DNA of 64,000 nucleotides from Melittangium boletus DSM 14713 (GTDB lineage Bacteria; Myxococcota; Myxococcia; Myxococcales; Myxococcaceae): NCBI RefSeq assembly GCF_002305855.1, contig NZ_CP022163.1, positions 6,939,765 to 7,003,764 of the forward strand, read 5' to 3'. Shown piece by piece: positions 27,578 to 37,252 of this stretch (position 1 is its first letter; each line of letters starts with the position of its first letter). The notes under the pieces were generated by a model. It saw only the letters and a program-made list of their open reading frames with translations, ran no database searches and was not told where the DNA came from. The position numbers and the translations under genes were made by a program.

Positions 27578-27904
27578 GTTCCCCCCCCGCGTGACGCCTG
27601 GTGGACAGGTTAGGGCGCGCCAGGGCTCGTACCAAGTGGTGGCGAAACCCAGGTGCGCTTGTCCGCATGGTCCCCCTGCCAGGAGGTGCAGCCCCTCCCA
27701 CCGCGCGCCACACCTCCAATGCCTGCTCATCGCCACCAATGCGGGCCTCACCCGCCACGGGCCCGACGTGTGGCGTCCGGTCGGGCGGCCCGAGTACCTG
27801 CTCAGCGGAAGTGAACACCGCGCATGTGCCCCAGCCAACCCTGGGCGCCATGCATCCTTCGCCACCGAGCAAGAGGGACTCCATCCAGCCTATGCTTTCG
27901 CGGC

Positions 27905-28852
27905 ATGAAGAAAAGCCAACCGCTCATCACGGTGTTCGCAGTGACAGCATTGGGATTCGCCGCGTGCGATCAGGCAACGGAAGAGGAACCCTCGCGCGCT
28001 CCACCAGAAGGTACGTACATCGTCGGACCACGCGTTGAAAGCGTGGTCCGTGGCTTCGATGGACGCTACTTCGTCTCGATCCAAGAAACGAACGTGGCCT
28101 CGGCCGAAGACGGTACCATCAAGCTCATCAATGAAAATGGCGAGGTCAGCGTCTTCGCCAGCGGCATGAAAGAACCGCGCGGCCTCGACTTCACCGGTAC
28201 CGAGCTCGTCGTGACCGACCTGGACCGCATCTGGGCAGTGGACAAAGACGGAAACAAGCGCGTCGTCGCTGACAGTACCCGATTTCCCGTCACGGTGAGC
28301 AACCTCAACGATCTCTCGGTCGAGCCCGGCGGCAAAACATTGCTCGTCACCGAGATGGGACCTTCGAGCCAGATGCGCCCGGCGGGAAGCACCAACACCT
28401 TGCTCCCGGTCAACAGCGCCGAGGCGCAGGCGCTGCCACGGACCGCACGGGTGTTTCGCGTCAATGTCGCCGACGGCACCGTGACCACGGTGCTCGATGC
28501 CTCGACAGACAACCGCATCTTCAACGGCGTCTTCGCGAGCAAGAGCGGCAAGATCCTCATCGCCGATTACTTCGGTGGCGATTTGACCGAGATTGCGAAC
28601 AACCGGCAGCGGACGATCGCCGTGCCTCGCGGCGTCGACGGCATCGGTGAGGACGCGAGCGGAAATCTCTACCTTGGCGTGTTCGAAGAGGGCCGCGTCT
28701 ACAGGATCGACGCCAACGGCGGAGACCCGACCGTGATCGTCGATGGCCTTGGCTTCCGCGGTGTGGCCGATATCTTCGTCGACGCCGACAATGGCCTGCT
28801 CTTGACGCCGAACCTTGGTGCCGGGACGTTGATTGTGCGGAAGCTCCCGTAG
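27905..28852 (+). CDS. lipoprotein, probable beta-propeller (SMP-30/gluconolactonase/NHL-like) fold
   Basis: Start MKKSQPLITVFAVTALGFAACDQ (lipobox). Repeated ...G.LYV.D... / ...RIDANGGDPTVIVDGL... units. Fold assignment is weak. GC ~58%. Confidence 0.35.
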   Translation: MKKSQPLITVFAVTALGFAACDQATEEEPSRAPPEGTYIVGPRVESVVRGFDGRYFVSIQETNVASAEDGTIKLINENGEVSVFASGMKEPRGLDFTGTELVVTDLDRIWAVDKDGNKRVVADSTRFPVTVSNLNDLSVEPGGKTLLVTEMGPSSQMRPAGSTNTLLPVNSAEAQALPRTARVFRVNVADGTVTTVLDASTDNRIFNGVFASKSGKILIADYFGGDLTEIANNRQRTIAVPRGVDGIGEDASGNLYLGVFEEGRVYRIDANGGDPTVIVDGLGFRGVADIFVDADNGLLLTPNLGAGTLIVRKLP

Positions 28853-29089
28853 GTGTTTCTCCTATTGTCGGGCGTTTCCACGGAGGTGGCGAGCCCCACC
28901 CAGTCATGCCCGGACGCGGACCCGCGACCCGGGCTGGAGCTCCTGATTGGCCCTCCTGGGTCCAGGTGGCCCATGGGTGGGACAGTCTGGCCCATGCTGA
29001 CCCATTCCAGTTTCTCCCGCCCATTGGATAGAAAGGCTTCAACGCGAAGACGCCCCAGTACGCCAGTGAGCGCCAGAAACATCCTTCCC

Positions 29090-30304
29090 ATGCAAGCCAA
29101 TCCCAATCCTTCTCAAGAGCGGACTCCCGCTGGACTGCTGTCGTTCTTCTCCCAGGCCCATGTTCCCACGGAGTATGGGAATGTGCAGGTCACCGTCTTC
29201 GTGGATGAGCGGGTGGTCGGGCGGGGCGCCCCATCCCACGAGCACATGGCCTTGGTCTTTGGCGACGTCCGCGAGGGGGAGGACGTCCTGGTGCGCATCC
29301 ATTCGGAGTGCTGGACTGGCGAAGCCCTGCATTCGCTCAAGTGTGACTGCCGCGAGCAGCTCGACGCGGCGCTGACCACGATCGCCAAGGCACGCCGCGG
29401 GGTGGTGCTCTACCTGCGCCAGGAGGGACGCGGCATCGGACTGGGCAACAAGATCCGCGCGTACGCGCTGCAGAATCAGGGGCTCGACACCTTCGCGGCC
29501 AACCGCGCGCTGGGCTTCGCCGACGATCTGCGCGACTTCTCCATCGCCGGGGAGATGCTCGCGTACCTGGGAGTGCGCTCCGTCTCGCTGCTTACCAACA
29601 ATCCGCTGAAGATCTCCGGCCTGGAGGCGAGCGGCATCCGCGTCGTGAGCCGTCGGCCCATGCCCGCGACGACCAATCCCCACAACGCCAGCTACCTCGA
29701 GACGAAGAACGCGCAGATGGGCCATGACATCCGCTCATGGCTGGACGCCCAGGTCGGGGGCCCCTCGCGCATCACCTTCACCGCCGAGCAGGTCGGCGAG
29801 CGGGTGGCGGGGCTGGCGCGGGAGATCGCGCGGGACTTCGCGGGCAAGGAACTCGTCGCCGTGGGGGTACTCAGCGGCGGCTTCATGTTCTTCGGGGACC
29901 TGCTGCGTCAGCTCCAGCTCGCCCAGGCGGAACTCGGCGTGGCGCCCATCACGTTGCACTGCGGCTTCATGGGTTTGCAGAGCTACGGAGACGGGGAGCG
30001 CTCCACGGGCGTCCTGCGGACCACGGCCGATCTGGCGTTCCCGGTCAGTGGCAAGCACGTGCTGCTCATCGAGGACATCGTGGATACGGGAATGACCCTC
30101 AGCTATCTGCGCGAGAACCTGGCGCTGCGCCAGCCCGTGGACATCAAGGTCTGCGCGCTGCTGCATCGGAGCCGGCACGCCTCCATCCAACGCCCGCTCG
30201 ATTACGTCGGCTTCACCCTGGATACCGACGACTTCGTGTTTGGGTATGGAATGGATTACAAGCAGCGCTTCCGCGAGTTGCCCTTCATCGCCACGCGCGG
30301 GTAA
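29090..30304 (+). CDS. bifunctional GTP cyclohydrolase II (RibA-like) / hypoxanthine-guanine phosphoribosyltransferase fusion (404 aa)
   Basis: N-half: VRIHSECWTGEALHSLKCDCREQL (Zn Cys triad), YLRQEGRGIGLGNKIRAYALQNQGLDTFAANRALGF, LLTNNPLK, matching GCH-II. C-half: VGVLSGGFMFFGDL, KHVLLIEDIVDTGMTLSYL (PRPP motif), VFGYGMDYKQRFRELPFIA (HPRT C-terminal signature). Start at the internal ATG at 29090 (MQANPNPSQ...). Confidence 0.8.
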   Translation: MQANPNPSQERTPAGLLSFFSQAHVPTEYGNVQVTVFVDERVVGRGAPSHEHMALVFGDVREGEDVLVRIHSECWTGEALHSLKCDCREQLDAALTTIAKARRGVVLYLRQEGRGIGLGNKIRAYALQNQGLDTFAANRALGFADDLRDFSIAGEMLAYLGVRSVSLLTNNPLKISGLEASGIRVVSRRPMPATTNPHNASYLETKNAQMGHDIRSWLDAQVGGPSRITFTAEQVGERVAGLAREIARDFAGKELVAVGVLSGGFMFFGDLLRQLQLAQAELGVAPITLHCGFMGLQSYGDGERSTGVLRTTADLAFPVSGKHVLLIEDIVDTGMTLSYLRENLALRQPVDIKVCALLHRSRHASIQRPLDYVGFTLDTDDFVFGYGMDYKQRFRELPFIATRG

Positions 30305-30332
30305 CCCCGCCGAATTCCTCACGGGAAAGCCA

Positions 30333-30800
30333 ATGACCATCCAAAAGCAGATCTACTGCCGCAAGCCGACGCTGTCTGAAATGGAGCAGCTGTTTGCCCT
30401 GGGCGCCACGCATGTCGCCTGGGGGGTGGAGCCCTCCGCCGCACCGGAGCTGGAGCTCTCCCGCCGCATCGTCGCCCAGGCGCGCAAGGAGCGCATCGGG
30501 ACCGTGGTGCTGGTGGGCGAGCCCCGGATCGACGCCCTCGAGCGGGTCGCGCTCGAGGTGGAACCGGACTTCCTGCTCGTCGCGGCGGAGCACATCGGCC
30601 AGGGCATCGACGAGCAGGATTTGCCCGGACTGGCCCGCCGGCTGGGTCCCAGGACGGCGCTGATGATGTCCGTCCCCGTGCGCGTGGCGGGCTCCCGCGT
30701 GGAGCTGGACTCCATCGCCAGGGCTCAGCGCTATCAGGAGTTCGCGGGCAGCCTCATCCTCGACACCCGCCTGGAGCCCGAGGACGGAGCGCTCTGTGGG
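30333..30800 (+). pseudogene. TrpF-like (phosphoribosylanthranilate-isomerase-fold) gene, 3' end replaced by IS5 insertion
   Basis: MTIQKQIYCRKPTLSEMEQLFALGATHVAWGVEP...VVLVGEPRIDALERVALEVEPDFLLVAAEHIGQG...YQEFAGSLILDTRLEPEDGAL resembles the PRAI layout (KiCGit...GAd.lGfvf...VgVF.n...v..v....ldlvQLHG.E...LLD). The reading frame runs into the IS5 end at ~30790 and terminates aberrantly. The call rests on weak similarity. Confidence 0.35.
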
Positions 30801-30805
30801 TGTCC

Positions 30806-31600
30806 TCACGCTTCTCCCAGCGCACCAGCAGACGGCGAAACTTGTTGAAGCCACCCGTGGGTGCGCTCCACTACCCACCGCCGGGCCTTCTTGCCGCTCT
30901 CCAGCGGCTGGTCCGGTTCGCCACGCCGACGCAGGTGCAGGGTAAAACCGTACTGCACGGCCAGGGCACGCACCCTGTCGTAGTCGTAGCCTTTGTCCAA
31001 GCACAACCCTTGAGGGGCATGCTCTGTGGGTGAGGGGCGCTCCACGGGGAGGGACTGGAGGGTGGAGTGCATCAGCTTGTGGTCATTGACGTTGGCGCCA
31101 GCAACCCTCAGGCCCAGAGGGGCGCCGCGCCCATCGGTCAGCAGACTCTTCTTGCTGCCCTTCTTCCCCCTGTCGGTGGGGTTGGGCCCTGTCTTCTCCC
31201 CTCCCAGCGGGGCCTTCGCCATGGCCCCATCCAGGGCCAGCCATTCCAAGTCGATGCCGACCAGGGCCGCATAGGCATGGAGCCCTTGACGCCAGAATTC
31301 TCGGAACACGCCAGCCGCCAGCCACTCGCGGAAGCGCCGGTAGGCCGAGGAGGGATGGCAGATGTCCGTGGCCTTGAGCGCGTCCCACGGCAGGGCAGTG
31401 CGCAGGACCAGGAGGATGGCATCCATGGCCTGACGGTCGGGCACTCGTGGGTTATGGCACCCCAGTGGATGCGGCGGTCGCGGCGGCAACAGGGGCTGCA
31501 TCTTCGCCCACAGTTCGTCCGGCAACCGCCACCCGTCATCCTGATGCACCACTCCCATGGCTCCTGGCCTCGCCTCCATGAGGTCAACCGCCAAGGTCAT
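30806..31600 (-). CDS. IS5-family transposase (copy 2, different subgroup), C-terminal frameshift
   Basis: Blocks DAILLVLRTALPWDAL, GKKGSKKSLLTDGRGAPLG, LCLDKGYDYDRVR and RWVVERTHGW are all present. The expected tail ...FNKFRRLLVRWEKREDTH... is present but in the -1 frame at 30790-30850. Start at 31600 (MTLAVDLMEARPG). Confidence 0.65.
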   Translation of the reverse strand: MTLAVDLMEARPGAMGVVHQDDGWRLPDELWAKMQPLLPPRPPHPLGCHNPRVPDRQAMDAILLVLRTALPWDALKATDICHPSSAYRRFREWLAAGVFREFWRQGLHAYAALVGIDLEWLALDGAMAKAPLGGEKTGPNPTDRGKKGSKKSLLTDGRGAPLGLRVAGANVNDHKLMHSTLQSLPVERPSPTEHAPQGLCLDKGYDYDRVRALAVQYGFTLHLRRRGEPDQPLESGKKARRWVVERTHGWLQQVSPSAGALGEA

Positions 31601-32070
31601 GTCCTTCTTCCTACTTATGCGGTCAGACGGCCATGCCGGGCTCTTTCCCTCCACGGCCGTCTCCTCAGCGTCCAAGCTCCTACCGAAAGAGGCTCTTAGC
31701 GCGTCGTGCGCGCCGACGTCCACGGTCCACGCCCGCGGACACCGGCATTCCACAGGAGGGAGATGGGCCTCCGTGCGTCTGGCCTGTGCTGAGGACAGTT
31801 CGCCCTGGCGCGGCCCATGGCACTGCGCTTCCGGGGCCGGCTGCCGTGGCTGTCGGGCCACCCGTGGCGGGCGCGTCAGGCGTTCCAGCGCGGCGTGAAA
31901 CTGGCGCAAGCCCTGGGCATGCCCTACGAGGAAGCGCTGTGGGGGTGGGAGCTGCCGAGGGCTCCGAGCGCGAGGCGGCCTTCACCCGGGCCCATGAGGG
32001 CTTCAGTCGCTTGGGGTGCGTGGAGCTCTCGCGCCGGGCGGGCTAAGGGGAATACCGAAGTCCTTTTCAC

Positions 32071-34266
32071 GTGCTCACCATGCCACACCTGCCTCCTCCG
32101 CATTCGCCCCTGGCTCGCTCGACGCTCATCAAGATGGGGGTACGCATCGCGGTGGTCATCGCGCTGTCGACGTTCTTCAGCTTCCTGCACATGCGGCACA
32201 CGCTGCGGGCCGAGGCCCTGGCGCAGCTCTCCCAGTACGTGGAGCAGCGCGGCACCCAGGAGGAGTCCATCTTCCTGCTGGCCGAGGACACCCAGGCGCT
32301 GCTCGCCCGAGACATGGAGGCGCGGGTGCGCGCCGCCCCGGCTCCTGACGAGGACGCGCGCTTCCACCGCCTGTTCACGCGGCTGCCCGACGGCACCGTG
32401 CGCACCCGGCCCGCGGGCTCCGAGGGCACGCCGTGGGTGGGCGCCTTCATTCCCCCGGGCGTCGCGCTGGATGCCGGGCTGCGCCACCGCGTCCTGGTCG
32501 CGTATGACGTGCTCGCCCAGTACGGCCCCGCCTTCCGCGTCCGCTTCGTCGACACCTTCATCACCCTGCCCGAGGGGCCGATGCTCACCTACTGGCCCGA
32601 GCGCCCCAACATCAACCTGGAGGTCGACTCCAGCTTCAATCCGCTCTCCCTGGAGTACTTCCAGACAAGCCTGCCCGGCAACAACCCCACGCGGCGGCCG
32701 GTTTGGACCCGGGTCTCCAAGGAGGAGGTTGCCGCGAAGTGGATGGTCACGGTCACCACGCCCCTGGACGTGGACGGCCGTTACGTGGCGGCCCTCAGCC
32801 ATGACGTCATGCTCGAGGAGCTGATCAGCCGCACCCTCAATGACCACCTGCCCAAGTCGTACAACATCCTCTTCCGCGACGACGGCGAGCTCATCGCCCA
32901 TCCGCGGATGAAGGCGTCCGGCGGGCAGCTCATGCCCGAAGAGGAGCAGGAGCAGCTGCGCGAGCTCATGGAGCGCGTGAGAAACCGCCAGGGCGAGCCC
33001 GTGGTGGAGCTGCCCTCTCAAGGGGTGTGGCTCGCCGTGGCGCGGCTGCACGGCACGGACTGGAACTTCGTCACCGTGCTGCCCGAGCACGTGGTGTCCC
33101 AGCCCGCCATCCAGGCAGCGCGCATCGTGCTGCTGCTCGGCGTGCTGTCGCTGCTCCTGGAGCTGGTCATCATGTCCTGGGTGCTGCGCAAGCAGATCAG
33201 CCGGCCTCTGCTGGACTTCACCCAGGCCACCGCGCGCATCTCCTCGGGCGACTTCCAGGTGAACCTGAACACCGCGCGCGAGGACGAGCTGGGCCAGCTG
33301 GGCAAGGCCTTCGAGGCCATGGCCACCCGGCTGCGCCGCCGCGAGGAGGACCTGCGCGCGGCCAACGAGGGGCTCGAGCAGCGCGTGGAGGAGCGCACGC
33401 GCGAGCTCAAGTCGGTCCACCAGCAGCTGGTGCAGACGGCGCGGCGCACGGGCATGGCGGAGATCGCCACCAACGTGCTGCACAACGTGGGCAACGTGCT
33501 GACGAGCGTCTACACATCCTCCCAGGTCGCCAAGGAGCGCGTGCTGGGCATGCGCCTGGACCATGTGAGCCGGGTGGCCCAGATGCTCCAGGCGCGGCAG
33601 GCCAATCTCGCCGTCTTCCTCACCGAGGACGAGCGGGGCAAGCTGCTCACGCCCTTTCTCGACAAGCTCGGCCAGAACCTGCTGGACGAGCGCCAGGAGG
33701 TCATCTCCCTGTTGGAGGACGTCAGCCGCTACACCGAGCACATCGGGGAGATCGTCAAGGTGCAGCAGGACTACGCCCGCACGCCGCGCCTGTACGAGCC
33801 GGTGGTGCTCTCGGAGCTGGTGGAGGACGCGCTGCGCATCAACGCCGCGGGCCTCACGCGCCACCACGTGACGGTGGAGCGGCGGCTGGAGCCCGTGCCG
33901 CCCATCGTCACGGACAAGCACAAAATGTTGATGATCCTCGTCAACCTGGTGAGCAACGCCAAGTACGCGCTGGATCCAGTGCCCGAGGACTCGCGGCGCC
34001 TCGTCGTGCTGCTGCAGCGCTCAGCCGAGGGCTCCATCCACATCGCCCTGCGCGACAACGGCATGGGCATCGCGCCCGAGCTGCTCACGCGCATCTTCCA
34101 GTATGGCTTCACCACGCGCGAGGAGGGGCATGGCTTTGGCCTGCACTCGAGCGCTCTGGCGGCCCAGGAACTGGGCGGCGTCCTCAAGGCGGAGAGCGAG
34201 GGCCCCGGCCGGGGCGCCACCTTCACGCTGGTGATTCCCCCACCCCCTGCCCAGGCGGAGACATGA
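32071..34266 (+). CDS. sensor histidine kinase (periplasmic sensor, HAMP, coiled-coil, HisKA-HATPase)
   Basis: Two TM segments flank a ~300-aa periplasmic region. A HAMP-like region follows TM2. H-box MAEIATNVLHNVGNVL. N/G1/G2 boxes ...LVNLVSNAKYAL..., ...DNGMGIAPE..., ...GHGFGLH... Confidence 0.8.
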   Translation: MLTMPHLPPPHSPLARSTLIKMGVRIAVVIALSTFFSFLHMRHTLRAEALAQLSQYVEQRGTQEESIFLLAEDTQALLARDMEARVRAAPAPDEDARFHRLFTRLPDGTVRTRPAGSEGTPWVGAFIPPGVALDAGLRHRVLVAYDVLAQYGPAFRVRFVDTFITLPEGPMLTYWPERPNINLEVDSSFNPLSLEYFQTSLPGNNPTRRPVWTRVSKEEVAAKWMVTVTTPLDVDGRYVAALSHDVMLEELISRTLNDHLPKSYNILFRDDGELIAHPRMKASGGQLMPEEEQEQLRELMERVRNRQGEPVVELPSQGVWLAVARLHGTDWNFVTVLPEHVVSQPAIQAARIVLLLGVLSLLLELVIMSWVLRKQISRPLLDFTQATARISSGDFQVNLNTAREDELGQLGKAFEAMATRLRRREEDLRAANEGLEQRVEERTRELKSVHQQLVQTARRTGMAEIATNVLHNVGNVLTSVYTSSQVAKERVLGMRLDHVSRVAQMLQARQANLAVFLTEDERGKLLTPFLDKLGQNLLDERQEVISLLEDVSRYTEHIGEIVKVQQDYARTPRLYEPVVLSELVEDALRINAAGLTRHHVTVERRLEPVPPIVTDKHKMLMILVNLVSNAKYALDPVPEDSRRLVVLLQRSAEGSIHIALRDNGMGIAPELLTRIFQYGFTTREEGHGFGLHSSALAAQELGGVLKAESEGPGRGATFTLVIPPPPAQAET

Positions 34267-34742
34267 GCACGCACCCGAACCCCAGGCGCCTCCTCGTCAT
34301 CGACGACTCGGAGGCCATCCACACCGACTTCCGCCGCATCCTCACCGACGAGCCGCTCAAGAGCCGGGGCGAGCTGGACCTGATGGCCGACGCGCTCTTC
34401 GGTCCCGAGGCCGCGGGCTCCAGCGTGGACAAGACGGTGGTGGAGGTGGATTCCGCCTACCAGGGCGAGGAGGGCGTGGCCCGGGTGCGCGAGGCGCTGG
34501 CCGCGGGCCGGCCCTATGCCCTGGTCTTCCTCGACTACCGGATGCCCCCGGGCTGGAACGGCGCCGAGACGCTGCGGCACCTGCGGCGGGTGGCCCCCAC
34601 GCTGCCGGTGGTGCTCTGCTCGGCCTACTCGGACTACTCCTGGGCGGAGCTGCAGGCGGAGTTCGGCGAGTCCCGGCTCCTGCGCCAGCTGCGCAAGCCC
34701 TTCAACCGGCAGCAGGTGCGCGAGCTGGCCCTGGGTGACTAG
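34263..34742 (+). CDS. single-domain response regulator (CheY-like receiver)
   Basis: RLLVIDDSEAIH...ALVFLDYRMPPGWNG...VVLCSAYSD...LRKPF carries the receiver signatures (DD, phospho-Asp, Ser/Thr, Lys). ATG overlaps the kinase stop (ATGA). Confidence 0.8.
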   Translation: MSTHPNPRRLLVIDDSEAIHTDFRRILTDEPLKSRGELDLMADALFGPEAAGSSVDKTVVEVDSAYQGEEGVARVREALAAGRPYALVFLDYRMPPGWNGAETLRHLRRVAPTLPVVLCSAYSDYSWAELQAEFGESRLLRQLRKPFNRQQVRELALGD

Positions 34743-34778
34743 CAGCAGCGTCTCCACCGGCCAGCCCGGCCGGCCGCA

Positions 34779-35178
34779 TCAGGCCTGCGGCGCCGTCCAG
34801 ACCAGGTTCCACAGGTGGCCGTCGAGGTCCTCGAAGCCCTGGTCATACATGAAGCCGTGGTCCTCGGGCGGATGCGGAGTACGGCCGCCGGCGGCGACGG
34901 CCTTGGCGATCAGACTGTCCACTTCTTCCCGGCTCTCGCAGCTCAGGCAGATGACGACCTCGTTGGCCTCCTTCGCCTGCACGACGGGCTTGTCGATGAG
35001 GGTCTTGAAGAACGCTTCGGTCGTCAGCATGGCATGAATGCTGTCATCCGCGATGACCATGAACGCCGCGTTCTCGTTGCTGACTTGTGGATTGAAGCTG
35101 AAGCCGAGGGCGGAAAAGAAGGCCTTGGATTTGTCCAGGTCCTTGACCGGCAGGTTGAAGATGATCTGCTTGTTCATG
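34779..35178 (-). CDS. VOC-family (glyoxalase/bleomycin-resistance fold) protein
   Basis: MNKQIIFNLPVKDLDKSKAFFSALGF...EAFFKTLIDKPV...GHLWNLVW is a typical ~130-aa VOC layout. Start is placed at the internal Met. Confidence 0.55.
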
Positions 35179-35352
35179 ACGTCCCCATGTCGAAAGGTGA
35201 GTTGAATAACGGATCCTGCATCCGGACGACGAATGGTGACGCATGGAATCGACAAGTGCGCGAAGGAAATTTTCGCTGCGATGGCGCTCACCAGACCGCT
35301 TCGCTGTTGCGCCACGCCGGCAGTTCTCGCATCGACTCAAGGCGGCGGGCAA

Positions 35353-35383
35353 CTTCTAGTGGAAGCGGCGGGAATCGAACCCG
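35353..35383 (-). repeat. tRNA-3'-end-like direct repeat, copy A
   Basis: cttctagtggaagcggcgggaatcgaacccg. The minus strand reads cgggttcgattcccgccgcttccac, i.e. T-loop GTTCGATTC plus acceptor 3' strand. No complementary 5' acceptor or anticodon arm could be built upstream, so it is a fragment. Confidence 0.4.
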
Positions 35384-35574
35384 TGAACAAGGCGATGGAA
35401 AACCCTAAGCAGGACGCGCTGTTACCCGCTATCGCCTTGATTCTCCTGGGGTTCGTCATCCCGCCCCGTCCCACCCCGTTGGGCGCATCGCTCGGGTGGC
35501 CCCTCTGCACCCTCTCTCCCCCTCAACAGGCCCCCCATCCCTCTTATGCGCATGCGCACGATCTCCTTGCTCTT

Positions 35575-37252
35575 TAGTACTACAGTTGGACGTGGATATT
35601 GGGCGCTCTGCGGCGGTAGTGGCAGAGTTTGGCGACGGCCTGATGATGGCGCCGCCAGCGGCTCCATCGCAGGATGAAGTCCAGCGCGGGCCGCACCACC
35701 CAACGCGCGAGTTTCCACATCAGACGTCTCACTTCCTGAACACTGAAGCGGATAAGGACAGGCCTCGCCGCCGTCGAAACGCTCCCATGCGACTGCTTCG
35801 ATGCGGCGGGCCCAGGCGTTTTGGGACTGGGTGCTCCTTCTCGGACGCGTTGGCCATGACTCGCGCGGCCGCCAGGAATGCATGTGCTACCAGGCACAAC
35901 GTCATGTGGCGGTACCACCCTCGCCATTTCCTCACCTCATAGTCGTCCAGTCCCACCTCCCCCTTGGCCGACTCGAAACATTCCTCCACCGGCCAGCGCT
36001 TGCCGGCCGCTTCCACCATGGCGGCCAGCGACGTCGTGGCCGGTGCATGCACCAGATAAAAGCTCACCTCGCTCTCCTCCGACACGCTTCGACGGAAGAG
36101 AAACCACCGCGCCTGGGTCCCCTCATGCGAATTGACTCGGACTCGCGCCCAGTCATACCTGCGCGGTCCCTTGGCTCCCGCCCCCGCCGACAGCCTCGTC
36201 CATTCTCGCCTCTTCACCTCTTTCAAGACTTCTCCCGCCGTCACCTGCTCCACCCCGCGCCAGGCGTAGGTATTGGAGGCCACCGCCAGGACATACCGTT
36301 GCGACTGGCTCTCCAAAAACCGTCGCAACTCTCCATCCCGGCCATACACCTCATCTCCCACCACCCACTCGGGACGGAGTCCCGCGTCGAAGGCCCGCTG
36401 GAGCATGGCTCGCGCCAGCTCGGGTTTCGTCTGGAATCGCACCCGCCGTGGAATTCCCGCCTGACGACATCGGTCCGGGTCCTCCAGCCAGTGCTCGGGC
36501 AGGTACAGTTCGCGGTCCACCAGGCAGTGGCCCTTCTCGGTGACGTAGGCCAGGAAGACGCCTATCTGGCAATTCTCAATGCGGCCCGCCGTGCCACTGT
36601 ACTGCCGGGCCACTCCCGCGGACTTGTCCCCCTTCTTCAAGAAGCCTGTCTCATCCATGGACAAGACTCCCCCCTCGCCCAGTCGCTCGCGGGCATACGT
36701 CAACACGTCATCCCGCAGCGCGTCCTCGTCCCAGTGCGCCCCGTTGAGCAGATGTTGAAAGGCGTAGGGCGTCGCCCTGCCCACCTCCTCGCTCAAGCCC
36801 CAGGAGTTCTTGCGCTCGACTCGGGCCAGCAACCCTTGCAACAGAGCCTCCGCCGAGGCTCGTGTCTCCGGACGTGCGAAGTGGGGCTCCACCCACTCCC
36901 GCACGCGGCGCCACTCCTGCTCCCATTTCTGGACGAGCACCGCTTCGTTGTTGTCCGAGACGATGGCGCTGCTGGACATGACCGCCCCCAGGTAAAGGTG
37001 ACTTCTCCCATGGGTTGTAACCACGCCACCTCCGGCGTCACCTTCTCCTGCGTTTCGCTTTCTCTCCTGGCTCCCCACCAGACAAGTGGGGCCCGCTATC
37101 CCACCTCCGCAGTTGCGCGGACCCAGGGCTGCGCTATCTCAGTGGATAAGGTACGTGCGCGGGGCCCACGGAAGACGGCTCAAGGGAGGTGGTCGCAGCG
37201 ACCGGGTCAACGGCACTCCTCTGTCGGCCTGGAAAGTACAACTGTAGTATTA
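35575..37252 (-). mobile_element. IS701-family insertion sequence copy 2 (1,678 bp)
   Basis: IRs tagtactacagttggac (35575-35591) against gtacaactgtagtatta (37236-37252), 15/17 complementary. The shared core actacagttg is related to the copy-1 IR core actactg. Confidence 0.65.
35729..37078 (-). CDS. IS701-family DDE transposase (copy 2)
   Basis: ...VLSMDETGFLKKGDKSAGVARQYSGTAGRIENCQIGVFLAYVT...DRELYLPEHW...KTKPELA... and C-terminal WRGWYRHMTLCLVAHAFL. The likely start is internal (MSSSAIVSDNNEA...). Confidence 0.75.
   Translation of the reverse strand: MGSQERKRNAGEGDAGGGVVTTHGRSHLYLGAVMSSSAIVSDNNEAVLVQKWEQEWRRVREWVEPHFARPETRASAEALLQGLLARVERKNSWGLSEEVGRATPYAFQHLLNGAHWDEDALRDDVLTYARERLGEGGVLSMDETGFLKKGDKSAGVARQYSGTAGRIENCQIGVFLAYVTEKGHCLVDRELYLPEHWLEDPDRCRQAGIPRRVRFQTKPELARAMLQRAFDAGLRPEWVVGDEVYGRDGELRRFLESQSQRYVLAVASNTYAWRGVEQVTAGEVLKEVKRREWTRLSAGAGAKGPRRYDWARVRVNSHEGTQARWFLFRRSVSEESEVSFYLVHAPATTSLAAMVEAAGKRWPVEECFESAKGEVGLDDYEVRKWRGWYRHMTLCLVAHAFLAAARVMANASEKEHPVPKRLGPPHRSSRMGAFRRRRGLSLSASVFRK

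Noticed and set aside
31633-33921. Large ORFs 31817..32824 (+), 31924..33921 (-) and 33027..34742 (+)
   Set aside because: Out-of-frame or antisense to the histidine-kinase/response-regulator genes; biased low-complexity composition.
35341-35440. Complete tRNA gene at the tRNA-like repeat
   Set aside because: T-arm and acceptor 3' strand are present, but no complementary 5' acceptor strand, D-arm or anticodon arm could be found. The upstream sequence instead forms a long unrelated hairpin (caaggcgat...atcgccttg). The same holds for the copy at 41261-41350.
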